This document shows positions 53,084 through 64,000 of a stretch of DNA of 64,000 nucleotides, piece after piece; position 1 is the first letter of the stretch, and every line of letters begins with the position of its first letter. The DNA is taken from NCBI GenBank assembly GCA_012295275.1, contig CM022679.1, forward strand, positions 25,482,001 through 25,546,000, given 5' to 3'. The notes below the pieces were generated by a model. That model was given only the letters and a program-made list of their open reading frames with translations. It was not told the origin of the DNA and searched no databases. This DNA is from Chrysomallon squamiferum (taxonomy: Eukaryota; Animalia; Mollusca). A program made the translations under genes and the position numbers.

Positions 53084-55227
53084 TACAAATAATAATAAAA
53101 ACAACAATAATCATAATAATCATAAAAACAATAATAGTAATAATAATAATTACCATAAGCATCATCATCATTATCATTATTATCACCATTATCATCATCA
53201 GTATCATCCTCATTATTATCATCATTATTATTATTATTATTACCATTATTATTATTATTATTGTTATTATTATTTTATCATTATTATTATTATTATCATC
53301 ATCATCATCATCATCATTCTTCTTCTTCTTATGATTATTATTATTATTATTATTATTATAAATGAAATAAAATAAAACAAAATAACAACCAAACAAATAA
53401 AATGAAATGATTATTATTTCAGTTTCATATAGATGCACATTCAGACGGGGGTACCCCGGATCGTTGGGATCTGGGGCCATTATTTAGAAAACCGAAAGGT
53501 TTGTCAGAAATTCGTAAAATGATGCAGGGAAACGACAGATTCGTAATGGTGAGTTAATAACACGTTACATTTTTTCTATCAAAATACATATAAATTTCTC
53601 ATCATATGATCCGTGCAGTTGAGCTGAGACTGGCTACTCTGTCCGCAAAACGTATTATTTTATCTTTTAATTTTAATATTTCTATTATATATATATATAT
53701 GTATATATTATACATGTCTCACTAAACTAGATACACAGAACATTGAGATTAAAATATACGATCAGCCAGAATTTTTGTTCCCAGTCATTAGATAATTAAT
53801 TAAAAGTCTAGACTCTTTCAAATTTAACAGAAAACATAACTGGATTGACTAATAAAGAAATGGCGATCTGAAATATTCTAACAACGTAAAGAACCATATT
53901 TGTATAATAGTCACGAATTATTCTTGCAACTGATATATTATTCGTAAATATGATATTTTATTCACGATTCTTGAACCTAACGTATTTCGTTTTATATATA
54001 ATTTACAAGTTCGAGAGAGAGAGAAAGAGTTCTCGGACATATTATTAAATAACATCATCATCATTATTATTGTTGTTGTTGTTGTTGTTATAGGCTGCCG
54101 TTTTGCAAGGGCTCATTACTCGCTATATCTGGGTTTGGCCACCATGGGTTAATGACAGCGCTGAGGAACAGACTAACTACGAGCGTATCTCTATTGATCT
54201 AAAAATAGGCACTACGCAAACGGAAAACGAAACAGGAACTATGGCTCTTGAACTCTGCGCATGCGCGACGTCAACGGTTTACAACCTCGACAACTACTGC
54301 TTCATGAACAACGCGTCAGACTTCGAAGACGTCGACGGAATCCCGATCGTTGCGTCTCGTTGCGAAATGAAATCGTCGCTCCTGATTGAAGTGATGACTC
54401 CCGGGAAGGCTGTAGAGCTTCTGAAGTCAGGGACGTGGATCACGGAAAAGGACAGCGTCATTCTAGACGTGGACGAAGACTACTACGGCGTAGAGCCTGG
54501 CGGGAAACCGCTGTATGACCTCGGCGTGACGGACGCACAAATAGACACAATCAGTGACTGGATGGGAATTCTTATGTGTGCGGGAAATACACGACACGAG
54601 AAACAAATCGATCGCTTTTTCCGTTCCCTAATAGAAATGATTATAGACGTTAAGAAATCTTATTCTCACAGAAACGATACCGGCACATCTATTCTTAAAC
54701 ATAATTTAAAGCACGTTGTATCACGGGTCCTGAAGATGATTCATTCAAAACGTGTGGCTAGACTGTTGTGTGGTTCGTGGAAACAGGCTATCCGAGCGAT
54801 TAAGCTTCTTGTCAGGAAACTGGTTAAACTAACAGAAGCTCAGCTAAAAGCCTTAATCAAAGTGGGACTTTGCCTCGAAGAATCACCTAAAACATTCGGG
54901 TTTGAATACGGCCAAAACATTAGAATCTGCAATGGCTACAACACACCTAACGAAACCATGGTTATGTTCTACACTCCTTCTGACAAGGACATCAGGGAAA
55001 GAACAAGCGAAATTGAAAAAATTCTCAGACAAGAGTTTTTCAGTCCTGGAGTAGTGACTATTTGTAGGTCGGTCAGAGATGGCTACACGCCCAGAAATCT
55101 CGCCAGAAACATAGAGAGTGAGATACTACGAGTTTTAGAAAAGCAGTATTCACGAATTGTTTCACAGTCTGTCTTTTACGACAGTGACTTGTTATCAGGA
55201 CCAATGGGACATTTTGACAGATATTAA
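51794..55227 (+). CDS. UPF0489/C5orf22-like type II membrane protein, copy E (intact, 514 aa)
   Basis: Exons 51794-52016, 52574-52635, 53423-53548 and 54094-55227 (223+62+126+1134 nt). MIFLLGRG-LFVLLFVWMVSFFLIW...VHIVEEHHE|VIKYWF...|FHIDAHSD...|[18 protein letters not shown]...ILDVDEDYYG...CRSVRDGYTP...MGHFDRY*. Confidence 0.9.
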
Positions 55228-55781
55228 TAAATATACATATATTAATATAAAATATTAATACAATAAAAAAAAGAATAATTATTCAAACATTCAAACAGTT
55301 TTATTTATTTGAACTGTTGTTACGATTTCATCTTTGATTCGGAAGTTACTATTCTGTAATGAATGCTGTAGTATGATATGTTCACCATTCTAATCTCTGT
55401 GTAAAATAAAGCTTAATCTTTACATTCTCGGGTGAGACTAAGGTCTGTTTTAAATTGTTATCTTAATCATTGTTTTTTCTAACTTAAGTTATTTAAAACA
55501 AAGATCATAACCCAGTGTTTATCTCGAGAAAACAGTGCCTAGGTGTAATCATTTTTCCCATCGTTTAGAAAACTTCGTCATGATAAAAACAGCATGCTCA
55601 GTGGCACCCATGTGACGTATTACATCTGCCATACCTTAGATACGCCACTGTCTTAACTTCTTTTTTTCACAAACTTTAGACTTTCCACCTCAAACCTTTA
55701 TTCAAAACGTAAGTGATACACCTTGTGGAACCTCAGTACTCCTAGCCTTGAACAAAAATTAGGTCAAAGTTAAGTTTTACG

Positions 55782-57223
55782 ATGGCGGTGGAAAAATCGA
55801 AAACCGGCAAGATGAAGTTATACTGTCATCCGTATTACCGCTCCTGTAGATGTGTTTGGTTGATTAAAGGTATGGAACAATTTCTACTATTTCAGACTGG
55901 AACCATCAAAAAATTAATTAATAAATGATCAACAGTAACAGATCACGCTAATAAATAGGTACGTTCTTTTACATTACATACGTGTTTTATATTCATTTGA
56001 GCCTGTTTAATTTATTTTTATTTTTATTTATTTATTTATTTATTATTTTTTAAATATATACTTGTAATTCGTTTTAGAGCTTGGTGTGGAAGATGATTTT
56101 GAATTTATCAAAGTAGATACTATGAAACGAGACAGCGATGAACGGAAGGAGTATCAACGTAACGTACACCCCCATGGTACAGTACCGGCCCTTGTAATAG
56201 AAGGGGAGAACCCCATACTCGAATCAGGAGCCATCTGTCTGTACCTAGCTGACAAATACGGACGTCTGGCGCCAGATCTGAAAGACAGAAAGGACTATTA
56301 TGAGTAAGAGAAAATCAAACTGACGTTAATGTATTATCTCAATCTCAGTTATTTGTTTCACTTGCAAAAATACACGCAAATACAGATATACTTGTGTCGT
56401 TATAAAAAACAAAACAAAGAAAAAAACATTTATCTGTTAACGCTTCCATCGTCTTCATTATGTAAGGCTGTTTAAACACCGTGGGTATAATTATTCTTTC
56501 CAACATATCAAAAATTTATTTTGTTAATCATAAAATGTAGTAACTGGAGGGTACGTAGAACGTTAGTATATTAAAAGATCCCCAAAAGTGATTTATCGTT
56601 AAACAAATTAATATTCGTGTTTTTATTCTGTAGCTGGATATTGCACACTTGTGCAACTATAGACGAGATTATGGAGGCGTTGTACTGGCAGTGGACCGAA
56701 GTACCAGAAAAACCAGACAACGATCTGATTGAAAAGATGAGCAAGAAATTCCACCACTGTATGGACGCACTAACGAAAACTTTGAAAGGACGGAAATTTG
56801 TGTGCGGTGATAGGTTTGTCTTTTGTGATATTATTTTCATAAGAAAACATTAAAATTTGTTGTGTTTTATGTTTTTATATAATGTGCGGGGTGGATTTTC
56901 ATGTTGTTGGGGGTTTTTTTGTTGTATTTTTTGGCGCAGTACTTTTTTTTCGTTTTAACATTATTATTATTATTATTATTATTATCAATATTTTTATGGA
57001 TTTTTAATTATTCTTTTTATTTATTTCACAACTCTTTTTAACAAAAAAAAATATTAATACTTTCAGTCTAACTGCTGCAGATTGTGTTTTGGGTTATTCT
57101 ATTTGGGATGCAAGAGATACTAACAATGGTATTCTTCTAAAGAACTACCCGGATGTGCGGCAGTACTATGACCGGATTAAATCCCGGAAAGCATTTAAAG
57201 AAGTCTTTGGTGATCGAGCCTGA
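55782..57223 (+). CDS. Cytosolic glutathione S-transferase, GTT1/beta-like, copy 1 (216 aa)
   Basis: Exons 55782-55869, 56078-56303, 56634-56813 and 57067-57223. GST motifs: MKLYxHPxxRSxRxxWLIKELG, HPHGTVPAL (cis-Pro loop), ILESGAICLYLADKY, FVCGDSLTAADC (helix-6 N-capping box), YPDVRQYYDRIKSRKAF. Confidence 0.92.
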
Positions 57224-57243
57224 TGGAAAATAATTCAATTAAC

Positions 57244-57274
<31 letters not shown>

Positions 57275-57905
57275 TGGCAGAAGCCAGCTATGAACTGAAT
57301 TTTTTTACCTTTTATTTCACTTTTCGTTGTAATACAACCATTCCTATTTATGTAACGTAATTTCTTTATGTTTTATTTGCAATAAAAAGATCTCAGTTAC
57401 CATGCTTCAATGTTAATTTTTTTCTTTCGTTCTTTTCGTTTCTTTTTTTCTTTTTTACGTTTTTTATTATATTTTTTCACCAGGCTCAGATGCTTATAAT
57501 AATAAAGATTATTCGTATTTTTGTTCTTAACCAAAGAAATAAACTATTTCATGTTGAAAGCGTTTGTGTTTAACGTATTAATCAGAACAAGTTCTGGAAA
57601 CATGATGGACTGCATCATCAGTCATTTATTAGCACCTCCTGTATAAAACTATCTGGCAGTCAGCAGAAACTCACTGGTATGTACTGCACTATGAAATACA
57701 ACTACATATAACAATTTGCTATTTCTCGAAGAGCAACTGGAATACCTACATTTATCTGTGACTGTGTGCGTGTGTTTGTATATGTGTATATCTTTGTATG
57801 TATGATAATAGATAGGTTTAGCATGGATGAAATACCCTACTGTACTCGTAAAAAGCTTTTTTCATTCGGACAAAATTGCGTAATACTTTTCATATCAGAG
57901 CTATC

Positions 57906-57993
57906 AAAAGCAGTATTCAGAATTGTTTCAAAGTCTGTCTATTACGACAGGGACATGTTATCAGGACCTATGGGATATTTTGACAGATATTAA
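57906..57993 (+). pseudogene. Orphan duplicate of the last ~28 codons of UPF0489 copy E
   Basis: AAAAGCAGTATTCAGAATTGTTTCAAAGTCTGTC...GACAGATATTAA aligns to 55139-55227 (RIVSKSVYYDRDMLSGPMGYFDRY versus RIVSQSVFYDSDLLSGPMGHFDRY) with a 1-nt deletion. No upstream exons are present. Confidence 0.9.
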
Positions 57994-58563
57994 TAAATAT
58001 ACATATATTAATATAAACTATTAAAACACTAAAAAGCGATTTTCAAACAGTTTTAGTTATTTGAACTCGTGTTACGCTTTCATCTTTCAATCGGAAGTTA
58101 CTATTCTGTAATGAATGCTGTAGTGCGACATGTTCACCATTCTAATCTCTGTGTAAAATAAAGCTTAATCTTTATATTCTCGGGTGAGACTTAGGTCTGT
58201 TTTAAATTGTTATCTTAATAATTGTCTTTAATAACTTAAGTTATTTAAACCAAAAAATAGCAATCCAGGGTGCATCCGCAGAAAACACTTCCTGTGACAA
58301 GCACTAGAATTATGCCACTGTATAATTATTTTATCTTTTAGAAAACTTTACCATGATAAAAACAGTATGCGCAGTGGCACCCTTATGACTTATTATATCT
58401 GCCTTACCTTAGATATGCCACTATCTCAACTTCTCTTTTCACAAACTTTAGGCTTTCCACCTGAAACATTTATTGAAACATTAAGTGACACATCTTGTGG
58501 AACCTCAGTAATCCTGGCCTTGCACAAAAATTAAATAGATTTAGGTCACAGTTCGGCTTTGCA

Positions 58564-60175
58564 ATGGCGGAGGAAAGATCGAAAACCGGCAAGATGAAGT
58601 TATATTATCATCCGTACTACCGCTCTTGTAGATGTGTTTGGTTGATTAAAGGTATGGAACAATTTCTATTGTTTCAAACTAGAACTAAAAAAAAAAAAAA
58701 AAAAAAAAAATTCGTTAATAAAGTTCAAAAGTAACAAGTAACGCCAATAAATAAGTACGTTTTTTAATGTATACACATGTGCTTTCGTATGTTTAATATA
58801 TTTGTTTTAAATTTGTAATTCTTTTTAGAGCTTGGTGTGGAAGATGATTTTGAATTTATCAAAATAGATACAATGAAACGAGACAGCGATGAACGGAAGG
58901 AGTATCAACGTAACGTACACCCCCATGGTACAGTACCGGCCCTTGTAATAGAAGGGGAGAACCCCATACTCGAATCAGGAGCCATCTGTCTGTACCTAGC
59001 AGACAAATACGGACGTCTGGCGCCAGATCTGAAAGACAGAAAGGACTATTATGAGTAAGAGAAAATCAGATTGACGTTAATGTATTATCTAAATCTCAGT
59101 TATTTGTTTCTGTTGCAAAAAAACACGCAAATACAGACACCTGTGTTTAATTATGTTAAACATTTCTGCGTTCACACTTCCATCATCTTCGTTATATAAA
59201 GCTGTTTAAAAACCGTGGGTATAATTATGCTTTCCAGCATATTAAAAATTTTATTTTGTTAATCATAAAACGTAGTTTATGAAGGGTACGTAGGACGTTT
59301 CATATCTTACATTAGTATTTTAAAAGATCCCCAAAAGATGTATTCGTTTATCGTTAAACAAATTAATATTCGTGTTTTTATTCTGTAGCTGGATATTGCA
59401 CACTTGTGCGACTATAGACGAGATTCTGGAGGCGTTGTACTGGCAGTGGATCAAAATACCAGAAAAACCAGACAACGATCTGATTGAAAAGATGAGCAAG
59501 AAATTCCACCACTGTATGGACGCACTAACGAAAACTTTGAAAGGACGGAAATTTGTGTGCGGTGACAGGTTTGTTTTGTTTCCGTGTGACATTTTTTTAA
59601 TAAGAAAACATTATAATCGTTTGTGTTTTTTATGTTTGGTTACGTGTGTCTGGGGGTTTTCGTGTGTTTTTTTGCTGATATTTAATTCCGTTTATCCATT
59701 CTTTTTTTACTTTGTATATATATGTACAGTTTTTTGTGTGTGTGTGTTTTTTAAAATGTATTATTATTATTATTATCAATATTTTCCTGCTGTTTTTATT
59801 AGTTTTTTCATTTGTTTTAGTCGAGATTATTTTTTACTATATATATTTTTTTAATTATTATTTATTTTATGTTTTTTTTTATTAATATTATTATTATTAT
59901 CAATTTTTTATATTTTTATTTTATTATTTTTTTTTTTTTTTGCTTTTTTATTTTTTAATCTTACTCTTTTTGTGTATTTCACAACACTTTTTAACTAAAA
60001 TTTTATTAATATTTTCAGTCTAACTGCTGCAGATTGTGTTTTGGGTTATTCTATTTGGGTAGCAACGGTAGCTAAGGATGGTATTCTTCTAAAGAACTAC
60101 CCGGATGTGCGGCAGTACTATGATCGGATTAAATCCCGGAAAGGATTTAAAGACGTTTTTATCGAACTACCCTGA
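58564..60175 (+). CDS. Cytosolic glutathione S-transferase, GTT1/beta-like, copy 2 (216 aa)
   Basis: Exons 58564-58651, 58829-59054, 59389-59568 and 60019-60175 have the same sizes as in copy 1 (88/226/180/157 nt). The frame is open to ...GFKDVFIELP*. Confidence 0.92.
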
Positions 60176-60238
60176 AAAAAACCGTACGCCAAAATGTTCA
60201 GAAAACCCTTGGTTAATTCATTACCAGATTAGAATCAA

Positions 60239-60328
<90 letters not shown>

Positions 60329-60824
60329 GTCTCTGTCTCTGTCCGTCCCCTCTCAAATTTATACCAGTAGCTCGCTTCTTATAACACTTAGTTATTACAG
60401 GTATGAATCATTTAACCGGCAAGAAATGGTCTGGAATACTTGAAAAAAAAAAAAAATAATAATAATAATAAAGCACATAATTTTATTTAAAACATCAGGT
60501 ACAAATTAATACACTCCTTAATATTTTTTTTTTTTTTTATTTTTTTTTTAAATACCGTGTATAATAATATATCGGACGAAAATCAATTGAAGGAAGGAAT
60601 CACCATTAGACAAGCAACAGTCGTAATAAAAATGGCGTCGTTCCATGTTTACGCCAGAAAACCAAGCGAACAAAAACACCTAAATTTAAAAATAATCACT
60701 TTTAAAAAAAACATACAGCGGGACTTGTGCATTGTCTGAATTTCTAGAAGCCGGATAAAGGGTTCGGTAACTGTATTATTAATAACACAAGGTTGTGTAC
60801 ATGTCCATATATGTATATTTTCAA

Positions 60825-60952
60825 TATCACTGCGGGAGATTGTGTTTTGCGTTATTCTTTTTAGGATGTGGTTGACACTAAGAATGAAAGACTTTAAAAA
60901 AAAAAAAAATTTACTATGAACTTATAAAGACCCGGAAAGCTTTCTAAGAACG
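60825..60952 (+). pseudogene. Degenerate extra copy of GST exon 4
   Basis: ttttcaa|T ATC ACT GCG GGA GAT TGT GTT TTG CGT TAT TCT TTT TAG... translates to ITAGDCVLRYSF*DVVDTKNERL*. The acceptor AG has become AA and there are in-frame stops. It is followed by sequence matching the copy-1 3' flank. Confidence 0.8.
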
Positions 60953-61637
60953 TTTTTTTTTTTTGTTGTTGTTTGTTTTGTTTTTTATGTTGTTTTCTTT
61001 TTTTTTTTTTTTTTTGAAAAAAAAAGCCAGCTATAAACTGAATTCTTTTACCTTTTATTTCTCTTTTTTTTTTTTTAATACAACCATTCCGATTTATGCA
61101 ACATCATTATTCAGATTGTAATTTAACTATTTTACGTTTTATTAAGATTCTAAGTTTGTATCATTTCAATTTCCACGCTTGAATATTAATATATGTTTTT
61201 CTTTTATTTCTTTTCGTTTCTTTTTTTCACTTTTTTCATTGTATTTTTTTCCCAGCTTCAGCTGCTTATGATGATGTAGATTATTCGTATTTTTGCTTTT
61301 GTTGAAGAATTAAAATATTACATTATGCTGAAAGTTTTTGTGTTTAATGTATTAATCAGCATCAGTCATTCATCGTTTGTAATTGTCTATCTGGCAGTCA
61401 ACAGATACTCGCTGGTATTTACTGTACTGTGAAAGACGGATGTGTGTATGTATGTTTGATAATAGAGAGGTTTAGCATGGACATAATACTATATATTCTA
61501 GAACTCATAAAAAGCTTCTTCTTTTTTTTTTTTTTTTCATTCAGATAAAATTTCATAAATTTTTTCATATCAGAGCTGTCAAAAATATCTTGTAGTCATT
61601 TAAAAAAAAAAACCTGTTACTTATTTGTACGTACGTC

Positions 61638-61704
61638 ATGGAAAAGATGAAACTGTACTATTGGCCAGCATTTAAATCCGCGAGGTGCATATGTCTAATT
61701 CAAG
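61638..61704 (+). CDS. GST exon-1-like segment (orphan or alternative first exon)
   Basis: ATG...: MEKMKLYYWPAFKSARCICLIQ + G|GTAAGA, a phase-1 donor at the same position as in GST exon 1. No exon 2 was found before the next exon-1 copy. Confidence 0.6.
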
Positions 61705-62274
61705 GTAAGACTTTTTAAATTTTCTGTAAGACACAATGAATCGATAAATGGTAAGCGACCCTTAAATATATTTTATTACTGGTGACAGACATGTGTGAGT
61801 TTTAAATTTTACATAATTGTGATGATGATGAAAAGAGAAATTGAAAACTGTAATACTGTGCTGTTTGTCGGGTGGATGGGATTGTTATTCATGTTATTTG
61901 TTTATTTTACTTGTTTTTGTAGGAGTTGTGACTTACTGTTTTATGGTCTCATTCCTTTTTAAAGTTTTTTTTTTTTTTTTTTTTCATTTTTAATTATTAT
62001 TTTGTTGTTGATTTTAATTTTAATGATGCTTTTAAAGATTTATTTATTTTTTTTTCTAGTTTTTTTTTTTTTTTTTTAAATACTGTCATATACCAACCAG
62101 TTTATTACTAGAAATTTGTTTAAGTCTTAAGTTCATTGTTCTACGATCTAGTAAATCATTTTATATAATGTTTTTAAAAAAAAAATGTAGAAGCAAACCT
62201 GAAAAAATATATATTTTGATTATATAAACATTAAGAAACGACATTCAAACAAACCTGAAGTTTAATACCTTTCT

Positions 62275-62310
<36 letters not shown>

Positions 62311-63055
62311 CTTTTTTTTTTCACTTTGTTAGTCTGAACAAAAGTACCGGTTCCTTTAATATCTTTTTTTTTTTTTTTTTTTTCACTTTGTTAGCAGGCA
62401 GTCATCAAGTAAAAGTGACTTTAGTAAGAAATGCTAAATGATTCTCAACAAAAATAACTATCTAAACGTTCATAATACATTCTACATTATTTTATTATAA
62501 TTATAGAATATTATCGTTTGCCGAAGTCCGTGTAGCTAGAAATGCCCCAAGTATGTCCAAACCGTCTACAAAGAAAACTGCGATTTATAGTCAAGTCGTT
62601 GACATCTAATAAAATAAAATAAAATATATATATATATATATATAATGGCAAAATGGCAATTTACCACTCAGTCATGGGGAATTGATACGACTCTAGCTGC
62701 AGATCGCTGGCCGGGCGTGGATATGGGTACATCTTTTATTCGTTCATCCTTCAGCCAAACGATCGCTTCTTCGGGTCACAAGTGTCGGTTATATTTACAC
62801 CGCTAAACATCCAGTCAGTCTGACCGTCCCCCGAAAGCCAACCTTTTAAAGATGACTGGTTCTTCCCGTTCACACCGGAAAGCTGCTGGTTAAGAAAAGA
62901 ATTTTACAACAGTAATCAAATAAAAGCAGCGAGCAAGTCTACCGCGGTTTTATTTATTTTTTTGTCACAGTACAGTAAGTAATCTGTGGAGGATATTTAA
63001 AACAGACTGAAGGTGTACTCTGTCAGTTGTTGCGCGTACGTTACGGGAAAGAAAG

Positions 63056-63113
63056 ATGAAACTGTATTACTGGCCAGCGTACAGATCCGTGAGGTGCATA
63101 TGGCTAATTAAGG
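63056..63113 (+). CDS. GST exon 1 of a further paralog that probably continues beyond the right edge
   Basis: MKLYYWPAYRSVRCIWLIK + G|GTGAGT, a phase-1 donor. It retains the RSxRxxWL motif. Confidence 0.75.
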
Positions 63114-63212
63114 GTGAGTGTTTTTTTAAATATGCTGTAAGGCAGAATAAATCAGTAAATGTTAAATATATTTGAATATCAACGACAGCACGTTTAAAGT
63201 TTTGATGATGTT

Positions 63213-63274
<62 letters not shown>

Positions 63275-64000
63275 CCACTTTTTTTTTTTTTTTTTTTTTT
63301 TTTTTCTTTTATTTCATTTATTTATTTATTTATTTATTTATTAATTTTATGGGGAAGTTGTAGCTGATTTTTTTCAATTGTATGATCCTTTTTTCTTGTT
63401 TCTTTTCTTTTTCTTTTTATTAAAATTATTCTGACGTATGTATTCATATATTTAGGAGCAAATCTAGAGCAGTAGTTCGGCTTTATTTTTCTTTTTTTCT
63501 TTCTTTTCGGCACAAACATTTATTTATTTTCCTATAAGAAAATAATAAAAACATTTTTTGATGCCGTAAGCCTCTATCGAGAAACGAAGATGAATTGGAG
63601 AAGACAGCGGCACGTTTAATGTCTGTCTTAACACACCATCTACCCCCCACCAAACTCCTCCACTGGGTTTGCAAGTCCCAACACGATCTCCACGAAATAG
63701 GTCAAACCAGGGGCCGGAACTCGGTATTAGGTATATGTGGGTATGTTTGTTATCCTCGTAGGGTATAATCAGTGATGCCCTTCCCTTATTTTTTTTTTTT
63801 TTTTTTTAAATCTCTTCTACCCGTAATACCGGTACAGTGAATACTTCGAAAAGAATTCTGTTCTTTCACACACCTATATTTATAGGTCATGGCAGATTAA
63901 ATACGAGTCGCTTGCCAAGGATGTAAACATTAAAATTGTTAGTCAAGCGGAAGCACTTGTTAATCGTGTAAAAGACAAGAAACTTCATTCAGATAAATCC

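Noticed and set aside
57766-57993. 75-aa ORF ending like a sixth UPF0489 gene
   Set aside because: Only the last ~24 residues are homologous in frame. The rest is intergenic sequence joined at the duplication junction.
62690-62890. GC-richer island between the two GST exon-1 copies, with a similar one at ~63590-63730
   Set aside because: No recognisable ORF, GST exon, TIR or RNA structure. It could be a repeat fragment or promoter but cannot be supported.

Overview
This is AT-rich, microsatellite-dense eukaryotic DNA with GT-AG introns, from an invertebrate animal (a mollusc is plausible but unproven). Most ORFs in the supplied track are simple-repeat artefacts. Splicing the real exons by hand gives four gene groups. 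(1) The 5' part of a TBATA/SPATIAL-family gene on the minus strand (850-7640). (2) A cluster of five paralogous 4-coding-exon genes, here A-E (A and B on minus; C, D and E on plus), encoding ~515-530 aa UPF0489/C5orf22-related proteins. Unlike soluble C5orf22, they carry an N-terminal signal anchor, a Cys-rich domain with a conserved N-glycosylation sequon, and an apparently complete arginase/ureohydrolase-type metal-ligand set (EEHHE / HID[GA]HSD / D[IV]DED). Copies A and D each carry a single frameshift. (3) Mitochondrial acyl carrier protein NDUFAB1, lying between D and E. (4) A GTT1/beta-like glutathione S-transferase tandem array with two complete copies, a dead extra exon 4 and two further exon-1 copies; one duplication junction is visible at base level. 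A pogo/Tigger-like MITE and several minisatellites are also present. The most interesting signal is the expanded family of predicted membrane-anchored, secretory-pathway UPF0489 metallohydrolases.
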